Notes under the pieces: model-generated
What the model saw: the letters and a program-made list of their open reading frames with translations, nothing else
Database searches by the model: none
Told to the model about the DNA's origin: nothing
Position numbers and translations under genes: made by a program
Source: Candidatus Obscuribacteraceae bacterium
GTDB lineage: Bacteria; Cyanobacteriota; Vampirovibrionia; Obscuribacterales; Obscuribacteraceae
Assembly (NCBI GenBank): GCA_044229845.1
Contig: JBGASG010000001.1
Location: 416,001-480,000 of the forward strand
DNA: 64,000 bases
Reading direction: 5' to 3'
Shown: positions 57,715 to 64,000 of the stretch, piece after piece
How the letters are laid out: every line of letters begins with the position of its first letter
Numbering within the stretch: the first letter of the stretch is position 1

Positions 57715-59538
57715 ATGCGCTTGAAGAATTTGCTCGCACCGGTGTCCCTGGTTCTGGCCGGTACCCTGTTGCTTTCAAGCGGAGCGGCTTATGGGTCCGA
57801 CGGAGTGTCGGCGGCGCAAGCCGGAGGCTTTTCGTCCAGGTCGGCGAGCAAAGCCGCCAGTCCGGAAGTCGATAGATTTGCCGAGATGGCTGACGCCTAC
57901 TTTGAGGCGACTTTCAAATTTAGCCCCAGCTGGGCTACTGCCGCCGGCATACACACTTACGACGACCAGCTCAATACCCATTCGGCGAAGTCCATCGCCG
58001 ACCGGATTGAAGAATTGAAGTCATTCAAAGGACAGTTTGAAGGACTGAAAAAGGACAAGCTTGATTTCGCCACTAGTTTAGATCGCGAATTGATTCTCTC
58101 GAACATCAATGCCTATCTGTTTGAGTTGGAAGAGGTGCCTGATTGGAAACGCAATCCGGATTCCTACAGTTCAGGCGCCAGCGAGAGTTTGTTTGGGCTG
58201 GTCAAAAGAGACTTCGCACCGATCAACCAGCGTTTGAAATCGGTGGTGGCAAGGGAGAAACAGATTCCTGAGCTTTTGGCTAACGGCAAGAAAAATCTCG
58301 AAAACCCGCCGCGAGTATTTACTGAAGTGGCGCTGGAACAGATGCCGGGCACCATCGAGTTTTTCGAAAAGACAGTACCGGAGGCGGTGGCAACCGCTGA
58401 CGATCAGGCGCTGCTTGCCGAATTCAAAACCACGAATGCCAAATGCGTCGAGGCCCTCAAAGACTATCAGAACTTTTTGAAAACCGACTTGCTGCCTCGT
58501 TCTAAGGGCGACTACGCTCTGGGCAAAGCGCGCTATCGCAAGAAATTGCTGAACGACGAAATGGTCGATACCTCGATCGAAGTGTTGCTCATGCGTGGGC
58601 AGATCGAGTTAAAGCGGCTGCAAGAGGAGTTTGCCGCCACCGCCAAAGCTATCGATCCGAAAAAGACACCGGTTCAGGTGTTGAAAGAGATGAGTGCCGA
58701 CCACCCGGCGCCGGATCAGCTGCTCGCCTCGACCCAGTCCGTATTAGCCAAGTTGCGCGCCGACTCGGCGGCGGTGGTGACCATTCCCAGCGGCGAAGAA
58801 TTGAAAGTGGAAGAGACTCCACCGTTCTGGCGCGCTCTTTCCTTCGCATCCATGGATGCACCGGGACCGTTCGAAACAAAGGCTAAAGAGGCTTTCTACA
58901 ACGTCACCTTGCCCGAAAAGTCGTGGACGCCGCAAAAAACCGAAGAGCACATGCGCGCCTTCTCGAAGATGGATGTGCTCAACACCTCGGTGCACGAAGC
59001 TTATCCCGGGCATTATGTGCAGGGGCTCTGGGTGCGGCAGGCGCCGTCTGCCACCCGCAAATTGATCTACTGCGGCTCCAACTCCGAAGGCTGGGCACAT
59101 TACTGCGAAGAGATGATGGTGCCCTATGTATCGAAGGACGACAACAAGCTGAAACTGGCTATGCTGCAGGATGCGCTGCTGCGCGTCTGTCGCTACATTG
59201 TCGGCATCAAGATGCACACACAAGACATGACCATGGAAGAAGGCATCGCGTTTTTCGAGAAGGAAGGGTTTCAAGAACACGCCAATGCCGAACGCGAAAC
59301 CAAGCGTGGCACTATGGATCCGACCTACTGTGTCTACACGCTGGGCAAGATGCAAATCAAAGCACTGCGTGATGACTACGAGAAAGCCAAGGGCAGCGCC
59401 TATTCATTGAAAGGGTTCCACGATGCCTTTCTCGGGCAGGGGCAGGTGCCGGTAAAGATTGTCCGGGATGCGTTGCTGGGCAACGGCACCGTCTCCAGTC
59501 AGAATTCGCTGGAAGCCTCGGACAAGAGCGGGAAGTAA
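57715..59538 (+). CDS. Exported DUF885 family protein (metallopeptidase-like)
   Basis: Signal peptide; HEAYPGHY, EGWAHYCE, YTLG, FHD. Confidence 0.92.
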   Translation: MRLKNLLAPVSLVLAGTLLLSSGAAYGSDGVSAAQAGGFSSRSASKAASPEVDRFAEMADAYFEATFKFSPSWATAAGIHTYDDQLNTHSAKSIADRIEELKSFKGQFEGLKKDKLDFATSLDRELILSNINAYLFELEEVPDWKRNPDSYSSGASESLFGLVKRDFAPINQRLKSVVAREKQIPELLANGKKNLENPPRVFTEVALEQMPGTIEFFEKTVPEAVATADDQALLAEFKTTNAKCVEALKDYQNFLKTDLLPRSKGDYALGKARYRKKLLNDEMVDTSIEVLLMRGQIELKRLQEEFAATAKAIDPKKTPVQVLKEMSADHPAPDQLLASTQSVLAKLRADSAAVVTIPSGEELKVEETPPFWRALSFASMDAPGPFETKAKEAFYNVTLPEKSWTPQKTEEHMRAFSKMDVLNTSVHEAYPGHYVQGLWVRQAPSATRKLIYCGSNSEGWAHYCEEMMVPYVSKDDNKLKLAMLQDALLRVCRYIVGIKMHTQDMTMEEGIAFFEKEGFQEHANAERETKRGTMDPTYCVYTLGKMQIKALRDDYEKAKGSAYSLKGFHDAFLGQGQVPVKIVRDALLGNGTVSSQNSLEASDKSGK

Positions 59539-59654
59539 GTCGCCGAAGATACCCCAGGATTTGCTCACAGTTGTAAACACCGAGTAATCAGGAACCTCGG
59601 TGGCGCCCGCCGTGTGACATAATTTTCGCTCCAGTCACTGCAGGAGCACGTAGC

Positions 59655-60464
59655 ATGACCACTAAGGTTGAAGAGCAAATTAAGCAGACAGGTGATTTGC
59701 TCAAGGGCAAGAAAGGCATCATTCTCGGTGTGGCCAACGACCACAGCCTGGCCTGGTTCTGCGCGCAACAGCTTTATGCTCAAGGTGCACAGCTGGCATT
59801 CACCTATCAAGCCGAGCCGCTCGAGCGCCGCGTCAGACCGCTTGCCGAAAGCGTCGAATCGACCTTCATCGAGCAATGCGATCTCGGTGATGATGCGCAG
59901 ATTGAGAAGACCTTCGCCAAATTGAAGGAAAAGTTCGGCACCATAGATTTCTTGATTCACGCAGTGGCTTTCGCCAACAAAGCAGAGCTGGAAGGGCATT
60001 TCATCGACACCAGCCGCGATGGATTTAAACTCGCGCTCGACGTCAGCGCCTATACATTTACTGCTGTCGCCCGCGCTGCCATGCCGCTTTTCGATCCTGA
60101 AAAAGGCGGCGCGCTCGTCACCCTCACCTATTACGGTGCCGAGAAAGTAATCCCCAACTACAACGTCATGGGTGTAGCAAAAGCTGCTCTGGAAGCCAGT
60201 GTCCGTTATCTGGCCGCCGACATCGGCGCCAAGAACATTCGCTGCAATGCCATTTCAGCAGGACCGGTGCGCACACTGGCCGCTATGGGCATCTCCGGGT
60301 TCCGCGACATGCTGAAGCTGGTGGCCGATAAGGCGCCATTGAAGCGTAACGTGGCTGCCGATGAAGTCGGCAAGACTGCTCTCTTTTTGGTCAGCGACCT
60401 CTCTTCTGGTATCACAGGCGAAACCATTCACGTCGACTGCGGCTACAGCGTCATGGGCATGTAA
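59655..60464 (+). CDS. fabI: Enoyl-ACP reductase
   Basis: GVANDHSLAW, YNVMGVAKAALE, ISAGPVRTLAA. Confidence 0.97.
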   Translation: MTTKVEEQIKQTGDLLKGKKGIILGVANDHSLAWFCAQQLYAQGAQLAFTYQAEPLERRVRPLAESVESTFIEQCDLGDDAQIEKTFAKLKEKFGTIDFLIHAVAFANKAELEGHFIDTSRDGFKLALDVSAYTFTAVARAAMPLFDPEKGGALVTLTYYGAEKVIPNYNVMGVAKAALEASVRYLAADIGAKNIRCNAISAGPVRTLAAMGISGFRDMLKLVADKAPLKRNVAADEVGKTALFLVSDLSSGITGETIHVDCGYSVMGM

Positions 60465-60476
60465 GGGCGCAGAAGT

Positions 60477-60683
60477 TTTTCCGACGGGCAGGGGGGTGAT
60501 CCTCGCCTTGTGCATATCAACAAAAGTGTTGTTTCCAAGAGGTGTCGCCGAGGAAAGCCCCCGGACTGGTGCCGGGACGTTCGCTTGGCGCCTCCGGAAA
60601 ATCAACACTTTTGTTTAAACGCACTAAGGCCGGCCGAGACACCCCCGGTTGGCGACTGTGGCGGACGGGCAGGTGCCCGAAAA
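60477..60683. repeat. Long (~200 nt) rod-like palindromic element (REP/MITE-like or structured ncRNA)
   Basis: Nested stems including a perfect 13-bp pair AACAAAAGTGTTG (60519) / CAACACTTTTGTT (60603) and GGGGGTG/CACCCCC. Confidence 0.7.
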
Positions 60684-60688
60684 TCGCC

Positions 60689-60723
60689 AAAAAAAAGAGT
60701 GCCGTGCAAGCACTCTCTTTTTT
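60689..60723. terminator. Bidirectional rho-independent terminator
   Basis: A run, AGAGTGC-N7-GCACTCT stem, then T run; lies between convergent genes. Confidence 0.85.
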
Positions 60724-60747
60724 GTTGGCAGCGCACTGGGAGGGGCT

Positions 60748-61077
60748 TCAGGCGCTTTCAGCTTCGACAACGTTTCGCATGGTTTGGAGTGCCAGCGAAG
60801 CGCTGCCGCAATATTTGATGAATTGGCGGGCCACGTCGCGGACAGTGTCCGGGTCTTTGAAGTTCGGCAAGAAACCGAACCGAGCCGCCTTGGAGATGGA
60901 AAGCAGGTAGCGGACGAACCTGAGACCTGGATCGGTCATATCTTCGCAGTCAGGTCCACCGGATCCTTCGCAGATTGTGCGCACAATAGAGTGTTCGGCG
61001 AGCGCGGCGAACATGCCATCGGCCGGCGCATCGACGATATTGGGGTTGAAGTTGAGATCGCCTTTATCAAAACCCAT
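60748..61077 (-). CDS. Hypothetical protein
   Basis: GGGAG RBS; 109 aa; ends just before the terminator. Confidence 0.6.
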   Translation of the reverse strand: MGFDKGDLNFNPNIVDAPADGMFAALAEHSIVRTICEGSGGPDCEDMTDPGLRFVRYLLSISKAARFGFLPNFKDPDTVRDVARQFIKYCGSASLALQTMRNVVEAESA

Positions 61078-61413
61078 GCTGTGCTCCCAATTCTAAAGAA
61101 ATTGTTGTCGTCATGAGTAGCGTAAGTCACTGGTAAAACACTTGGCAATTAAAGAACGTCTAAGACACGCCCTGACTTCCTCCCGACATGTCGCGGACTA
61201 TATAGAAATTGCGGAATGGTGCGGCTCCAGGGGTGGTATCACGCCATATAAGAACGGCAACAAATCATCATTTCGGTTAACAATTGCTGGCATGTTATAG
61301 GCGTAATTCTCTTTGCAATTGTGAAAACCAAAGATTCAGAAAACGTTTTTTCCGGCATCTGGAGCCAGACCTGACACATGCCAGGCGAGCAATGAATGTA
61401 GAATGTGTGACCT

Positions 61414-62577
61414 ATGAAATGCCTGATCAAAGAAAACCTGACAGTCAACGGACTTTCGCTTAAAGACAACATTCCGGCGCCGAAAGTGGGTTTCGGCGAG
61501 GTGCGCATTCGAGTGCTGGCCACCGCCGTTTGTGGCACGGACAAAAGCATATATACGAGTGAACGCAGCGAAGGCATCCGCCGCGAGATGCAGCGTTACT
61601 TGCCTGCGGACGACCAGTACCGACCGATAATCGTCGGGCACGAGTTCTGCGGTATCGTCGAAGAAGTCGGCGAGGGTGCGGTGCCCGGTCATCTGTCCGA
61701 AATTCCGCGCCACCTGTTGATTGAAAAAGGCGACTATGTGACTGCCGAGATGCATTTGTCGTGCGGGCACTGCACGCTCTGCCGCACCGGCAACGAACAC
61801 ATTTGCACCAGCGTGAAAGTGAAGGGTGTGCACCTGGATGGCTGTTTTGCACAGCACGTGGTGGTGCCCTATAAGAACGTCATTCTTCTGGGCAAAGGTG
61901 GAGACACCTCCGACATCCCGCCGCGCATCGGCGCCATGCTCGATGCTTTCGGCAATGCCGTGCACACCGTGGAAGAAGCTGCGGTCACCGGTAAGTCAGT
62001 TGCTATCCTCGGTGCCGGTCCGCTGGGACTGATGGCGGTTTTTCTCTGCCGCGCTTTCGGTGCCACCCGTATCTATATGACGGAAGCCGCCGACGTCGAG
62101 CGACGCTTCGAGCTTGCTACCGAATTTGGTGCCGACTACTGCATCGACGTCAACAAAGGTTCGGGGCAGTTGTACAAGTCGGTCGAGAAGTTCGAGACGG
62201 GCGCCAACGGTGTCGACGTAGTGCTGGAAATGTCCGGTTCGTTGCCTGCTTATGACGACGCCTTCAAGATTGTCCGCAACGGCGGTCAGGTGATATTGCT
62301 CGGCATCGCGCGCGAGCCGCTCAAGCATTTCGATATCGCCAACGGTGTGATCTGGAAAGGCGTGACGGTAAAAGGCATCTTCGGACGCAAGATGTTCGGC
62401 ACGTGGGAAACCATGTTGCGCCTGATCCGGTCCGACCGGCTCGATCTGAAGAGCAAGCTGGACAAAGTGTTGGCGCCGCGGCTCTACCCGCTCGACGAAT
62501 ACAAGGATGCCTTCGAATCACTGATAGCCGGTCGCGAGATGAAACTGGTTTTCTCTCCCGATGGAGCCAACAACTGA
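61414..62577 (+). CDS. tdh: L-threonine 3-dehydrogenase
   Basis: VCGTD, GHE, CGHCTLCRTGNEHIC, GAGPLG, GIFGRKMFGTW; adjacent to kbl. Confidence 0.88.
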   Translation: MKCLIKENLTVNGLSLKDNIPAPKVGFGEVRIRVLATAVCGTDKSIYTSERSEGIRREMQRYLPADDQYRPIIVGHEFCGIVEEVGEGAVPGHLSEIPRHLLIEKGDYVTAEMHLSCGHCTLCRTGNEHICTSVKVKGVHLDGCFAQHVVVPYKNVILLGKGGDTSDIPPRIGAMLDAFGNAVHTVEEAAVTGKSVAILGAGPLGLMAVFLCRAFGATRIYMTEAADVERRFELATEFGADYCIDVNKGSGQLYKSVEKFETGANGVDVVLEMSGSLPAYDDAFKIVRNGGQVILLGIAREPLKHFDIANGVIWKGVTVKGIFGRKMFGTWETMLRLIRSDRLDLKSKLDKVLAPRLYPLDEYKDAFESLIAGREMKLVFSPDGANN

Positions 62578-62624
62578 TCGCCGGGTGGCTTTCTTAAATA
62601 GAACGACAATCTAAGGAGTAGGAC

Positions 62625-63875
62625 ATGGTGGCTTCGACTAAAGAACACTTGAGCAAACTGTACTCCGACCTCGATCGCGAGTTGGAAAAGGCGAAGCAGG
62701 AGAAGACCTACAAGTACGAAGTGCCCGTCGAAGGCGAGCAGGGCGGAGTCGTGAAGGTCGCCGGCAAAGACTGTGTCATGCTGGCGTCCAACAATTATCT
62801 CGGTCTGGCCAATCACCCGAAAGTGCGCGAAGGTGCTCGCAAGGCGCTTGATACCTGGGGCTACGGCATGGCGTCTGTACGTTTCATTTGCGGAACGCAG
62901 CCTTTGCACCGCACCCTGGAAGAGAAGATCGCTGAGTTTCTTGGCACCGAAGATGCCATTTTGCACTCTTCATGCTTCGCAGCCAATGAGGCTTTCTTCA
63001 CAGCCATGGTGGCCAGCGACCTTGGCTATACCGACTACCGTGATTGCATCTACAGCGATCAACTCAACCACGCCAGCATCATCGACGGTATCAGACTGGC
63101 GCGCATCGCCGTGAAAACGACCGACTTCAACGGTTACAAACACAACGCTCTGGACGAGCTGAAGCAGCACCTCAAAGAAAATGCCTCCAAGAACCATCGC
63201 GTGAAAATCATCGCCACCGACGGTGTGTTCAGCATGGAGGGCGACATGGCCAGGTTGCCAGAATTGATTGAAATCGCCAATGAGCATGATGCGTTGCTCT
63301 TCGTGGACGAATCGCATGCGACCGGCGCGCTGGGCGCCACTGGACGCGGAACGCCCGAGCAGCAAGGTGTGCACGGCAAAATCGATGTTATCTCCGGAAC
63401 GCTGGGCAAAGCGCTGGGCGGCGCCTCCGGCGGTTTCATCGCCGCCAAGAAATCAGTCGTCGACTTCCTGCGTCAGAAATCGCGCCCTTATACTTTCTCA
63501 AATACGGTGCCGCCAGCGATCGTCGGCGGTTCGATTGCCGCGCTGGAACTTTTGCAAAGCGATCCGTCGCTCTGCGAACGACTGCACGAGAACACCGCTT
63601 ATTTCCGCAAAGAGATCGTGCGCATCGGTTTCACGATTTTGGAAGGGGTGCACCCGATTGTGCCTGTCATGCTGGGCGAAGCTTCGACAGCTATGGACAT
63701 GAGTTCTGAATTGCTGGAGCTGGGCGTGTATGTGCGCGGGCTCTGGTATCCGGTAGTGCCGAAAGGCGAAGCGCGCTTGCGTGTGCAGATCTCTGCGGCG
63801 CATACGCGCGAAGACCTGGACAAGAGTTTGCAAGCCTTCGAGAAGGCCGGCAAAAAGCTGGGAGTGCTCAATTAA
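62625..63875 (+). CDS. kbl: Glycine C-acetyltransferase (2-amino-3-ketobutyrate CoA ligase)
   Basis: [48 protein letters not shown]. Confidence 0.95.
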   Translation: MVASTKEHLSKLYSDLDRELEKAKQEKTYKYEVPVEGEQGGVVKVAGKDCVMLASNNYLGLANHPKVREGARKALDTWGYGMASVRFICGTQPLHRTLEEKIAEFLGTEDAILHSSCFAANEAFFTAMVASDLGYTDYRDCIYSDQLNHASIIDGIRLARIAVKTTDFNGYKHNALDELKQHLKENASKNHRVKIIATDGVFSMEGDMARLPELIEIANEHDALLFVDESHATGALGATGRGTPEQQGVHGKIDVISGTLGKALGGASGGFIAAKKSVVDFLRQKSRPYTFSNTVPPAIVGGSIAALELLQSDPSLCERLHENTAYFRKEIVRIGFTILEGVHPIVPVMLGEASTAMDMSSELLELGVYVRGLWYPVVPKGEARLRVQISAAHTREDLDKSLQAFEKAGKKLGVLN

Positions 63876-63923
63876 AACTTAGTCGAGCTGGTTCGCGCTG
63901 CGTCGATTTGAGGAGGTTGGTAA

Positions 63924-64000
63924 ATGGCGGTGACAAAAGTTGGCGCTGTGATCTGGACCTCGGAGTGCGTCGACGAAATGCTGGACTTCTATCGAGCACT
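63924..64000 (+). CDS. 5' end of a probable VOC/glyoxalase-family gene (truncated by the window end)
   Basis: GAGGAGG RBS; MAVTKVGAVIWTSECVDEMLDFYRA. Confidence 0.55.
   Translation, partial: MAVTKVGAVIWTSECVDEMLDFYRA

Noticed and set aside
60543..60575. GTCGCCGAGGAAAGCCC resembling RNase P RNA conserved region I
   Set aside because: It is not GAGGAAAGTCC, the 3' ACAGAA...CGGCTTA element is absent, and the segment is part of a simple rod structure.
61150..61413. Possible riboswitch or leader upstream of tdh
   Set aside because: Only a short 8-bp inverted repeat (GGCTCCAG/CTGGAGCC); no recognisable glycine riboswitch, T-box or attenuator features.
1..64000. Apparent abundance of CGATCG/TCGA words (HIP1-like)
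   Set aside because: Cannot be counted reliably by eye; an observed/expected k-mer calculation is needed before any claim.

Overview
A 64 kb, moderately GC-rich bacterial chromosome segment with no rRNA, tRNA, CRISPR array or transposase that I can recognise. The gene content (many TPR and MshEN-like proteins, a giant signal-peptide-less protein, no photosynthesis genes) resembles non-photosynthetic Cyanobacteriota such as Melainabacteria/Obscuribacterales; this taxonomy is an inference only. Housekeeping genes include creD, ArnC/ArnT-like glycosyltransferases, GTP-dependent PEPCK, gabD, etfBA plus a FixC-FixX-like fusion, fabI and tdh-kbl. Best leads: (1) an exported thioredoxin-fold protein resembling selenoprotein N, split by an in-frame TGA followed by a SECIS-like hairpin (10025-11356); (2) a ~2,080 aa annexin-like/hydrophobic/2xFHA/YD/papain-like protease protein with a translationally coupled partner gene and a perfect sigma70 promoter (31248-38207); (3) a WYL regulator facing a His-rich/'NSTPEPDG' gene pair across a 13-bp inverted operator pair (19587-21570); (4) a PLD(HKD)-HTH fusion; (5) a dispersed palindromic REP/MITE-like repeat family; (6) a deaminase-type toxin tip at the window start. 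All product calls come from reading motifs by eye; no database searches were run.
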